Part shown: positions 27,931 through 37,065 of the stretch, piece by piece
How positions within the stretch are numbered: the stretch's first letter is position 1
Layout: each line of letters opens with the position of its first letter
DNA from: Flavobacteriaceae bacterium
GTDB lineage: Bacteria > Bacteroidota > Bacteroidia > Flavobacteriales > Flavobacteriaceae
Length of the DNA stretch: 64,000 nt
Direction of reading: 5' to 3'
Assembly: GCA_947448525.1 (NCBI GenBank)
Contig: CANFNV010000010.1
Span: 14,157-78,156, forward strand
The notes under the pieces: model-generated
Seen by the model: the letters and a program-made list of their open reading frames with translations, nothing else
The model's database searches: none
Told to the model about the DNA's origin: nothing
Program-made: the position numbers and the translations under genes

Positions 27931-28764
27931 ATGATTAAAGTTTCCAAAGAATTTATTCTCAACCTCTATAAACCAATTGTTAGTAGCACTCACAAAGGAT
28001 TGCAAGGTCATGCCTTATTGATTGGTGGTAGTTATGGTAAAATGGGATCGGTATGTTTGTCTAGCAAAGCCGCTTTAAAATCGGGTTGTGGATTAGTAAC
28101 TTCGTTTGTTCCAAAATGTGGCTACGCCATAGTGCAAATTTGCATCCCAGAGATAATGGTTTTGACAGATGATAACGAAGTTATTATTTCCAAAATAAAA
28201 TTTAACTTTAAACCCAATGCTGTTTGTATAGGAATTGGAATGGGTCAGGATAGTCAAACTAAAAGGACTTTTTATGATTTTATTCTTCAAAACAAATACC
28301 CTTTAATAATTGATACTGATGGTTTGAATATTTTGTCAGAGAATAAAGATTGGTTATCACTTTTACCAAATAAAACCATATTAACGCCTCATAAAAAAGA
28401 ATTGGAACGATTAATTGGAATTTGGAAACTAGAGGAAGAAAAGCTGGAAAAAGTAATTCAATTATCTTTAAAATACAATTTAGTTGTTGTTATCAAACGG
28501 GCTCCAACAGTTTTAGTTTATGGAAATAAAATTTATCAAAATACCACGGGAAATCAAGCTCTGGCAACCGCAGGTAGTGGTGATGTGCTTTCGGGAATTA
28601 TCACAAGTTTCGTTGCACAAGGTTATGATACAGTTGATGCGGCTCTTTTAGGTGTTTATCTTCATGGATTAACTGCAGATTTAGGTATCATAGAAACGGG
28701 TTATCAGGCGTTTATTGCGAGTGATATTATTAACTATTTAGGAAATGCTTTTCTAAGTATTTAA
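27931..28764 (+). CDS. nnrD: ADP-dependent NAD(P)H-hydrate dehydratase (stand-alone NnrD domain)
   Basis: [46 protein letters not shown]. Confidence 0.9.
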   Translation: MIKVSKEFILNLYKPIVSSTHKGLQGHALLIGGSYGKMGSVCLSSKAALKSGCGLVTSFVPKCGYAIVQICIPEIMVLTDDNEVIISKIKFNFKPNAVCIGIGMGQDSQTKRTFYDFILQNKYPLIIDTDGLNILSENKDWLSLLPNKTILTPHKKELERLIGIWKLEEEKLEKVIQLSLKYNLVVVIKRAPTVLVYGNKIYQNTTGNQALATAGSGDVLSGIITSFVAQGYDTVDAALLGVYLHGLTADLGIIETGYQAFIASDIINYLGNAFLSI

Positions 28765-28888
28765 AATTATGATTTATAGTATTTCGATTTTTTTACTTTC
28801 ATAAAAAAAATAAAAACTTTAATATTAAAAGAACTTCTTAAACGAAATACTTATTTCTTTTTATAATTTTGCTGTTATAAATAAACAT

Positions 28889-29737
28889 ATGAATTATTAC
28901 ATAGTTATACCTTCACACAACGAAGAAGCATTCATTTCATTAACATTACAATCTATTGTTTTGCAAACTATTTTACCTAAAAAAGTTGTTGTAGTGAATG
29001 ATAATTCAACCGATAAGACGGCTGATGTTGTTATGGAATTTTGCAATCTATATTCCTGGATAACATTAGTAAACAAAACTTCTGACGCTATTCATTTGCC
29101 AGGGAGTAAAGTAATTCAAGCGTTTCAAAAAGGATTAGAAACTTTGGATGATCATTATGATTTTATTGTAAAAGCAGATGCCGATTTGATTTTTCCGCCA
29201 AATTATTTTGAAACTATTATCAAACATTTTCAAAATGATTTAACAGTTGGAATGGTTGGAGGATTTGCTTACATAGAAAAAAATGGTGAATTTATATTAG
29301 AAAACTTAACCGATAAAGATCATATTAGAGGTGCTTTTAAATCATATAGAAAAGAAACATTTAAACAAATTGGTGGATTAAAACCTGCAATGGGTTGGGA
29401 TACGGTTGATGAACTATTATGTAAATTCTATAATTGGAATGTAGTTACTGATGCCACTTTAAAAGTAAAACATTTAAAACCAACTGGCGCGAATTATAAT
29501 AATACAGCGCGTTTCAAACAAGGAGAAGCTTTTTATACATTGGGTTACGGATTTTTAATTACTGCTATTGCTTCTGCAAAATTAGCTTTGATGAAGAAAA
29601 AACCTTTTCTTTTTATTGATTATATAAGAGGATTTTGCAAAGCCAAACTTGAAAAAAAACCACTTTTGGTTTCTCCAGAACAAGCTAAATTCATTCGTAA
29701 CTACCGACTTCAGAAGATGAAAGAAAAATTGTTTTAA
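28889..29737 (+). CDS. Glycosyltransferase family 2
   Basis: IPSHNEE, VNDNSTD, DxD in KADAD, GWDTVDE. Confidence 0.9.
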   Translation: MNYYIVIPSHNEEAFISLTLQSIVLQTILPKKVVVVNDNSTDKTADVVMEFCNLYSWITLVNKTSDAIHLPGSKVIQAFQKGLETLDDHYDFIVKADADLIFPPNYFETIIKHFQNDLTVGMVGGFAYIEKNGEFILENLTDKDHIRGAFKSYRKETFKQIGGLKPAMGWDTVDELLCKFYNWNVVTDATLKVKHLKPTGANYNNTARFKQGEAFYTLGYGFLITAIASAKLALMKKKPFLFIDYIRGFCKAKLEKKPLLVSPEQAKFIRNYRLQKMKEKLF

Positions 29738-29750
29738 GTTAAAATCTTTC

Positions 29751-29785
29751 AACTCATAACTCATAACTCATAACTTCTCACTATT
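29751..29785. repeat. Heptamer array, single arm
   Basis: (AACTCAT)x3 + AACTTCT + CACTATT. Confidence 0.75.
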
Positions 29786-29805
29786 TTTGACCATATTTAA
29801 AAATT

Positions 29806-30555
29806 ATGATGTTAGTTCGCTATTTATCGCAAATAGGAAAGTACTTTTTGATGCTAAAAGAAACCTTCAATAAACCTACAAAATGGTCTGTTATGAAAGG
29901 TTTAATATTTAAAGAAATTGATGATTTAATTATTGATTCCATTGGAATTGTAGCTTTTATTTCTTTTTTCGTAGGAGGCGTAGTTTCTATTCAAACTGCA
30001 TTAAATTTGACTAATCCTTTAATTCCTAAAGAGCTTATTGGGTTTGCTACACGTCAATCGATAATATTAGAATTTGCCCCAACATTTATTTCAATAATTA
30101 TGGCAGGAAAAATGGGATCTTTCATCACCTCGAGTATAGGAACAATGCGTGTAACAGAGCAAATAGATGCCCTTGAAGTTATGGGAGTAAATTCATTAAA
30201 TTACTTGGTTTTTCCCAAAATAATTGCCTCTCTTTTATATCCTTTTCTTATTGGAATAGCCATGTTTTTAGGAATTCTGGGCGGATGGATAGCGGGAGTT
30301 TATGGAGGATTTGTATCCAGTAATCAATTCATAACTGGACTTCAAACACAGTTTATTCCTTTTCATATTGTTTATGCTTTTATTAAAACAATCATTTTTG
30401 CATTATTATTAGCAACAATTCCTTCATTTCATGGGTATTATATGAAAGGTGGGGCTTTAGAGGTTGGAAAAGCTAGTACCGTTTCGTTTGTTTGGACCAG
30501 TGTGATGATTATTCTTATGAACTATATTTTAACCCAATTACTTTTGACAAAATGA
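29806..30555 (+). CDS. mlaE: MlaE family ABC permease
   Basis: GTMRVTEQIDALEVMG signature, TM helices; ATGA overlap with the next gene. Confidence 0.92.
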   Translation: MMLVRYLSQIGKYFLMLKETFNKPTKWSVMKGLIFKEIDDLIIDSIGIVAFISFFVGGVVSIQTALNLTNPLIPKELIGFATRQSIILEFAPTFISIIMAGKMGSFITSSIGTMRVTEQIDALEVMGVNSLNYLVFPKIIASLLYPFLIGIAMFLGILGGWIAGVYGGFVSSNQFITGLQTQFIPFHIVYAFIKTIIFALLLATIPSFHGYYMKGGALEVGKASTVSFVWTSVMIILMNYILTQLLLTK

Positions 30556-31316
30556 TAGAAGTTAAAAATATAGAAAAATCGTTTGAAGATTCTATAGTTT
30601 TGAGGGGTATTACAACCACATTTGAAACTGGAAAGACCAATTTAATTATAGGACAAAGTGGCTCTGGAAAAACAGTATTGCTAAAATCATTACTTGGGAT
30701 TTTTACTCCAGAAGTAGGAACAATTTCATTTGATGGGAGGATTTATTCTGAATTATCAGATGATGATAAACGGACTCTAAGAACCGAAATTGGAATGGTT
30801 TTTCAGGGAAGTGCTCTATTTGACAGTATGACTGTTGAGGAAAATATTGGTTTTCCATTGAAGATGTTTACTTCAAAATCCATAGCCGAAATTCAAGAGC
30901 GAGTAAACGTTGTTATAAATAGAGTAAATCTAATTAATGCGAATAACAAAAAACCATCTGAAATTTCAGGCGGAATGCAAAAACGAGTTGCTATAGCAAG
31001 AGCGATTGTGAACAATCCTAAATATCTTTTCTGTGACGAACCCAACTCGGGTTTAGACCCAAAAACGGCAATATTAATTGACAATTTAATTCACGAAATC
31101 ACAGAAGAATACAACATTACAACTGTTATTAATACTCACGACATGAACTCTGTAATGGAAATTGGCGAAAAAATAATATTCTTAAAAAATGGTGTTTTAG
31201 CTTGGGAAGGCACCAAAAATGAAGTGTTTAAAACTGATAATGAAGCTATTGTAGATTTTGTGTATTCGTCTGAGCTTTTTAAAAAAATCAGAAAAGCACA
31301 AAATAAAGAACAATAA
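30552..31316 (+). CDS. mlaF: MlaF-like ABC transporter ATP-binding protein
   Basis: ATG 30552; Walker A GQSGSGKT, FQGSALFDS, ISGGMQKRVAIARA, DEPNSGLDP. Confidence 0.9.
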   Translation: MIEVKNIEKSFEDSIVLRGITTTFETGKTNLIIGQSGSGKTVLLKSLLGIFTPEVGTISFDGRIYSELSDDDKRTLRTEIGMVFQGSALFDSMTVEENIGFPLKMFTSKSIAEIQERVNVVINRVNLINANNKKPSEISGGMQKRVAIARAIVNNPKYLFCDEPNSGLDPKTAILIDNLIHEITEEYNITTVINTHDMNSVMEIGEKIIFLKNGVLAWEGTKNEVFKTDNEAIVDFVYSSELFKKIRKAQNKEQ

Positions 31317-31336
31317 AATAGGAACATAAGTTTCTT

Positions 31337-32398
31337 TTACAATTTGTTTGCTAGCGCAGTAATTCTTTTAATATCTTGCTCTTTACTTTTTGGATAAATT
31401 AATAAAATTCCTTCTTTATCCACAACAATATAGTCATCTAAACCATCAATTACAATTAGTTTATTGGCGTCTGAACGAACTATATTATTGGAAGCATTTT
31501 CGAGAATTACTTTGGCATTTATCACGCCATTATTGTTTTCATCTTTGTCTAATTTTTCATGAAGTTGCCCCCAGGTTCCCAAATCGTTCCAATCAAAAGT
31601 TGCTGGCAAAACATAGACATTTTTAGCTTTTTCTAGTATGGCATAATCAATTGAAATATTTTCTGCATTGGCATAATTTAGATTAATAAAATGCTGCTCC
31701 AAATTGGTATTATAGCTTTCATTTCCTTCTAAAAATAAAGCGTTCATTTGAGGTTGAAATTTCTCAAAAGAGGCAATTATTGATTGAGCACTCCAAATAA
31801 AAATGCCTCCATTCCAAAGAAAATTACCTGCTTCTAAAAATGATTTTGCCGTTTCATAATTTGGTTTTTCTCTGAATTGATTCACTTTTTTAATAGGATT
31901 ATCATCCAATATATTATATTCAATATATCCAAAACCGGTATTTGGAAAGGTGGGTTGAATTCCCAAAGTCATAAGTACCTCATTACTTTCACAAAAATCA
32001 AAACACTGTTTTAGGTTACTGGCAAATTCACTTTCGTCTTCAATCCAATGATCGCTTGGCGCAACTACCATTACAGCATTTGGATTCATTTTTTGAATTT
32101 TTAAAGAAGCGTATAGAATACACGGTGCAGTATTTCGCATTGCTGGTTCCAACAGCACTTGATCTTGTTTTACCATTGGCAACTGCTCCAAAACTAAATC
32201 ATTATATTTTTCATTGGTTAAAATCAAAATATTCTCGATCGGAATTAATTTTGACAAACGGCTAAAAGTCTTTTGTATGAGCGTACTTCCAGCACCCAAC
32301 ATATCGTGAAATTGTTTAGGAAGTTCTGTTGTAGAAACTGGCCAAAATCGTGATCCCACTCCGCCTGCCATTAATATTGCGTAATAATTTTTATTCAT
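31337..32398 (-). CDS. Mannose-1-phosphate guanylyltransferase
   Basis: LMAGGVGSRFWP, PKQF, EPAMRNTAPC, PSDH, GFGYI, FREKP, SIDYAILE, WNDLGTW. Confidence 0.93.
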   Translation of the reverse strand: MNKNYYAILMAGGVGSRFWPVSTTELPKQFHDMLGAGSTLIQKTFSRLSKLIPIENILILTNEKYNDLVLEQLPMVKQDQVLLEPAMRNTAPCILYASLKIQKMNPNAVMVVAPSDHWIEDESEFASNLKQCFDFCESNEVLMTLGIQPTFPNTGFGYIEYNILDDNPIKKVNQFREKPNYETAKSFLEAGNFLWNGGIFIWSAQSIIASFEKFQPQMNALFLEGNESYNTNLEQHFINLNYANAENISIDYAILEKAKNVYVLPATFDWNDLGTWGQLHEKLDKDENNNGVINAKVILENASNNIVRSDANKLIVIDGLDDYIVVDKEGILLIYPKSKEQDIKRITALANKL

Positions 32399-32451
32399 AG
32401 TGATTTAAATTGCAATGCGGTAAAGATACAAAGTTGTAAAGATTTATACTA

Positions 32452-33054
32452 TTATCCTGGAATTATCTCCACTTCGGCATTTGCGTTAAACAAAAATAGT
32501 CTTCCTGTTTGAACCTCAATACATTCATATCGTTTGGTACGAAGTCCTTTTTTTTGAAAAATTCTACCATTTTTTATTCGAAATAAACTACCGCTTGGAA
32601 CTTCATGAACAAAATAAACATCTGGTTTTCGTTCGTCAAATTGTTTTAAAGCAAAAGCTAATTTGGCATCGGTGTCACTACTTGCTGTTGGATTTCTAAA
32701 ATGATTAGCTACCAAAGGCAAAACTGATTTTGGAAATATCTCTGGACGAACTAGCGGAACCATTAATCTTTGAAAGGTCATTTTCCATTCTACTCCATGA
32801 GGCAAGATGTTTCTTCCAAATTTTTCAAAGGCTACCAAATGAGCTATTTCATGAATTAAAGTAATAAGAAATCGGTATTTATTCAAATTGGCATTAACTG
32901 TAATTTCATGCTTTCCAGAAAGTCCTTTTCTGTAATCCCCATGGCGTGTTTGTCGCTCATTAACGATTTTTAAGTGCACCCGATTTAATTTGATTAATTC
33001 AAAACAAGGTTCAACGGCCTGTTCAGGAAGGTATTTAGATAGGACTTCACTCAT
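32452..33054 (-). CDS. SprT-like zinc metalloprotease domain protein
   Basis: TLIHEIAH (HEXXH), PHGVEWK. Confidence 0.88.
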   Translation of the reverse strand: MSEVLSKYLPEQAVEPCFELIKLNRVHLKIVNERQTRHGDYRKGLSGKHEITVNANLNKYRFLITLIHEIAHLVAFEKFGRNILPHGVEWKMTFQRLMVPLVRPEIFPKSVLPLVANHFRNPTASSDTDAKLAFALKQFDERKPDVYFVHEVPSGSLFRIKNGRIFQKKGLRTKRYECIEVQTGRLFLFNANAEVEIIPG

Positions 33055-33891
33055 TTATTTATCAATATTCTTATTTGACTCTAATAATGATTTGGCATTA
33101 AGCGAAGAAACAACTTTTTTTCCCGTTTTTGCTTCCAATTCTTTCATAGCAACTTTGGCAACATTTCCGCCTTGTTTTGCTACTTTTTTGCTTTCTTCAA
33201 AATTTTCAGGATTTACTGCTTGAGAAATATCTTTAGTAGAAGCTTCGGCTAACATATTTAATATCAATTCAGTATTGGTCATGTTATCACGAAGATTTTC
33301 TTTTTTTAACCCTTTCAGAATTTTATATTCTTTGGTAGTTTTTCCCGACCAAGATTTTGAAATAATATCCGTTAAAGTTGCAAATTGTTGTCCTTCTTTT
33401 AATCCTCTACTTTTCCACTCATCAGTGAGTTCTTTACGAATTTCAATACTTTTCAATCGTTGATTTATCCAATTTTCAGAATATCCTAATTGCAAATATT
33501 GTTCTAAAGCTCGGTCAATAGTAAGTTCTGGATCTTGAATTTCGTCTAATCTTTCAGAGGCAATTTGAGCAAACCAAAGTTTAAACGGTTCCGCTTTTGG
33601 TGATGGAATGGATTGAATTAACCTGAAAAGTTGCTCGGTATCTGCAACATCTGTTTTGTAAAACTTTCCATCTGAAGATTGCATTTTCAGTTGACTACAA
33701 TTTGTAGCCAACTGACTTCCTTCTTTTTTAAGTCGAGTTTTTAAAACGCTCCAATACTTGCGAGCATTAGGACTTTCTGTTAAAATTGCTATCACATCAA
33801 TAATAGAAACAAACCACTTTTCTTGTTCAGAATCCCAAATGGTTCTTACATTTTTACTTTCAAATAACTGAATGGCGTTTACTTTTGTCAT
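33055..33891 (-). CDS. Orphan Bro-N domain DNA-binding protein
   Basis: VRTIWD..EKWFVSIIDVIAIL, YWSVLKTRLKKEG, DGKFYKTDVADTEQLFRLIQSIPSPKAEPFKLW. Confidence 0.85.
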   Translation of the reverse strand: MTKVNAIQLFESKNVRTIWDSEQEKWFVSIIDVIAILTESPNARKYWSVLKTRLKKEGSQLATNCSQLKMQSSDGKFYKTDVADTEQLFRLIQSIPSPKAEPFKLWFAQIASERLDEIQDPELTIDRALEQYLQLGYSENWINQRLKSIEIRKELTDEWKSRGLKEGQQFATLTDIISKSWSGKTTKEYKILKGLKKENLRDNMTNTELILNMLAEASTKDISQAVNPENFEESKKVAKQGGNVAKVAMKELEAKTGKKVVSSLNAKSLLESNKNIDK

Positions 33892-33940
33892 GGTTGTATA
33901 ATTTTAAATGAAGGTACAATTTACAAAAATAATTTAATAT

Positions 33941-34618
33941 CTATGGTGTTGAACTAGAAACCTGCAACACTTTTCCGTTGTAAAATTTATTTCCAGTCAA
34001 AGCAAAATTAAAAATGTAATCGGCCATTTCTTTAGCTGAAATTGGTGCTTCGTAGCCTGGGAAAGCTTCTTGTAACATTTCAGTATTTACTGCTCCTAAT
34101 GCTAAAACATTAAATGCAATTCCTTGCTCTTTGTATTCTTCGGCTAATAATTCAGATAATGTAATTAAGGCACCTTTACTGGAACTATAAGCTGCAAGTC
34201 CGGCAAACTTTGAGCTTCCTTGAATACCGCCCATAGAGCTTATAGAAACAACGTGACTTCCCTTTTGCATATAGGGCAAACAAGTTTTTATTAAATTGGC
34301 AACACCAAAAACATTTACTTTATAAACGCGTTCAAAATCAGATTGGGTTAATTGTAAAAAAGGTTTGTTTACTATACATCCAGCATTATTAATTAAAATA
34401 TCAACTTTCTTCCAAGTTACGGCGATGAATTTATCTATTTGCTTCATTTCATCTTCTACAGCAACATCAATAGATAAGCACGTAATATTTGAGTTTACCA
34501 TTAATTCTTGAGGAATTTTCCTGGAAATTGCCAAAACTTGGTGTCCGGCATTAGCCAATTCAATAGCCAATTCATAGCCAATTCCTCGAGAAGTTCCTGT
34601 AATGATTACGTTTTTCAT
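33941..34618 (-). CDS. Short-chain dehydrogenase/reductase
   Basis: ITGTSRGIG, NNAG, SS, YxxxK in YSSSK. Confidence 0.93.
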   Translation of the reverse strand: MKNVIITGTSRGIGYELAIELANAGHQVLAISRKIPQELMVNSNITCLSIDVAVEDEMKQIDKFIAVTWKKVDILINNAGCIVNKPFLQLTQSDFERVYKVNVFGVANLIKTCLPYMQKGSHVVSISSMGGIQGSSKFAGLAAYSSSKGALITLSELLAEEYKEQGIAFNVLALGAVNTEMLQEAFPGYEAPISAKEMADYIFNFALTGNKFYNGKVLQVSSSTP

Positions 34619-34703
34619 AACTTATATTTATATTGGCTAAAATAACAAAAAAACCCTTTTAATATAAACTAAAAGGGCTTGAAAAAAAATTAACTTTTAG
34701 ATA

Positions 34704-35840
34704 CTACACCAAACCTCTAGAAATCACTATACGTTGAATTTCAGAAGTTCCTTCATAGATTTGAGTGATTTTAGAATCCCGCATCATACGTTCTACATGG
34801 TATTCAGCAACATAACCATTTCCACCATGAATTTGAACCGCTTCATTAGCAACTTCCAAAGCAATTTCCGAAGCATATAATTTTGCCATAGCACCTGAAT
34901 GGGCAATATCTTTACCTTCATCTTTTTCGCAAGCCGCTTTCATGATTAATAGTTTAGCTGCAGTAACTTTTACATACATATCGGCCAATTTAAAAGCAAT
35001 GGCTTGATGATTGAAAATTTCTTTGCCAAAAGCTTTTCTTTCGTGAGAATATTTCAAAGCGATTTCATAAGCTCCGGTTGCAATTCCGAGTGCTTGGGAG
35101 GCAATCCCAATTCTACCACCGTTTAACACATTCATGGCGAATGAAAATCCGAAACCGTCTTCACCAATTCTATTTTCTTTCGGAACTTTTACATCATTAA
35201 ACATTAAAGAATGGGTATCACTTCCGCGAATTCCCATTTTTTTCTCTTTCGGACCAATATCAAATCCTGCCCAACCTTTTTCAACAATGAAAGCATTGAT
35301 TCCTTTATGCCCTTTTTCCAAATCAGTTTGAGCAATTACCAAATAAGTCGAAGCTGAAGCACCATTAGTAATCCAATTTTTAGTTCCGTTTAACAAATAA
35401 TAATCGCCTTTGTCAATGGCTGTTGTTTTTTGTGAGGTAGCATCACTTCCAGCTTCGGGTTCGCTCAAACAAAAAGCACCTATTACTTCTCCTTTTGCAA
35501 GTGGAACCAAATATTTCATCTTTTGATCTTCACTACAATATTTTTCCATTCCAGCACAAACCAAAGAATTGTTTACGGACATAATTACGGCAGCCGAAGC
35601 ATCAACTTTGGCGATTTCGGTCATGGCTAAAACATAAGAAACGCTATCTAAACCTGCGCCACCGTATTTTGGATCGACCATCATTCCCATAAATCCCAAT
35701 TCACCCATCATTTTGACTTGCTCGGTTGGGAATTTGGAATATTCATCTCTTTCAATTACTCCAGGAAGTAATTCGGCAATTGCAAAATCTTTTGCAGCTT
35801 GCTGAATCATTAAATGCTCTTCGGTAAGATTAAAATCCAT
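34704..35840 (-). CDS. Acyl-CoA dehydrogenase
   Basis: FCLSEPEAGSDA, NGTKNWITNG, GIRGSDT, QIHGGNGY, IYEGTSEIQR. Confidence 0.95.
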   Translation of the reverse strand: MDFNLTEEHLMIQQAAKDFAIAELLPGVIERDEYSKFPTEQVKMMGELGFMGMMVDPKYGGAGLDSVSYVLAMTEIAKVDASAAVIMSVNNSLVCAGMEKYCSEDQKMKYLVPLAKGEVIGAFCLSEPEAGSDATSQKTTAIDKGDYYLLNGTKNWITNGASASTYLVIAQTDLEKGHKGINAFIVEKGWAGFDIGPKEKKMGIRGSDTHSLMFNDVKVPKENRIGEDGFGFSFAMNVLNGGRIGIASQALGIATGAYEIALKYSHERKAFGKEIFNHQAIAFKLADMYVKVTAAKLLIMKAACEKDEGKDIAHSGAMAKLYASEIALEVANEAVQIHGGNGYVAEYHVERMMRDSKITQIYEGTSEIQRIVISRGLV

Positions 35841-35935
35841 ATTTTTGATAAATTTTTATTTAGTAAATCTTTGTTTTAGAGTTCAAAAGTAGCACATTTT
35901 AATTAATATCTAAAACGTTTTCGTAATTTTAGCCA

Positions 35936-37003
35936 ATGTTTAAAAAAAACTATAATGTTATTGGTGTTATGTCAGGCACATCGCTTGATGGAATCGATTT
36001 AGCTCACATAAAATTCACAATATTTGAGGGTAAATGGAGCTATAAAATTTTAGAAGCTGAAACCATTTCTTATTCACTCGATTGGCTAAATAAATTGAAA
36101 ATTGCGGTCGGTTTTTCTGAGGAAAAATTAACGCAATTAAACGAAAATTACACAAAATTTTTAGGTGAAACAATAAAGTCATTTATTGAAAATTATCAAA
36201 TAAAAAAAATAGACATTGTTTCTTCACATGGCCATACGGTTTTACACCAACCACAAAATGGTTTTACATTACAAATTGGAAATTTACCAGAATTAGCAAC
36301 AATTTTAAATCAAAAAATAGTTTGTGATTTTCGAGTTCAAGACATAACTCTTGGTGGTCAAGGAGCCCCATTAGTACCTATCGGCGACAGCATTTTATTT
36401 TCTAATTACGATTATTGTTTGAACCTTGGAGGATTTTCAAATATTTCATTTGAAGAGAATTCCAAACGAATTGCTTTTGATATTTCTCCTGTAAATACCG
36501 TTTTAAATTTATACGCTAACAAATTAGGATTGGATTACGATGATAAAGGAAAAATTTCAAAATCAGGAAAATTAAATTCTGAATTACTCAAAGAATTAAA
36601 CGATTTAGATTATTATAAAAAACGATTTCCAAAATCTCTAGGATTTGAATTTGTAAAAGAAATTATAGTCCCTCTGATTGAAAAATATTCCATTTCTATT
36701 GAAGATAAAATGCACACGTTTACTGAACATATTGCTTTGCAAACTTCTACAGCTTTGCGCAAAAAATCAGGTAAACTATTAATCACAGGCGGTGGGGCCC
36801 ATAATGATTTTTTAATTACGCGAATACAATTTTACTTACCAAATATTGAAATCATAATTCCAGACACTAAAACAATAGAATTCAAGGAAGCTTTAATTTT
36901 TGCTTTGCTTGGCGTATTAAAATTAAGAAGTGAAATTAACGTTTTAAGTAGTGTTACCGGTGCAAAAATGGATCATTCCTCTGGAAAAATTTTTATACTT
37001 TAA
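35936..37003 (+). CDS. anmK: Anhydro-N-acetylmuramic acid kinase
   Basis: GVMSGTSLDGID, SHGHT, DFRVQD, GGQGAPLVP, NLGGFSN, GGGAHN, KEALIFA. Confidence 0.94.
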   Translation: MFKKNYNVIGVMSGTSLDGIDLAHIKFTIFEGKWSYKILEAETISYSLDWLNKLKIAVGFSEEKLTQLNENYTKFLGETIKSFIENYQIKKIDIVSSHGHTVLHQPQNGFTLQIGNLPELATILNQKIVCDFRVQDITLGGQGAPLVPIGDSILFSNYDYCLNLGGFSNISFEENSKRIAFDISPVNTVLNLYANKLGLDYDDKGKISKSGKLNSELLKELNDLDYYKKRFPKSLGFEFVKEIIVPLIEKYSISIEDKMHTFTEHIALQTSTALRKKSGKLLITGGGAHNDFLITRIQFYLPNIEIIIPDTKTIEFKEALIFALLGVLKLRSEINVLSSVTGAKMDHSSGKIFIL

Positions 37004-37065
37004 TACAAAAAATAACACGTTCTTTTTACATTTGTTTTTAGTCCTGTTTTGAACTTTAAATCAAA

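Noticed and set aside
14638-29785. Tandem repeats as CRISPR arrays
   Set aside because: Units are 7-10 nt without unique spacers, and there are no cas genes.
33055-33891. Prophage inferred from the Bro-N gene
   Set aside because: No integrase, structural or replication genes; flanks are housekeeping.
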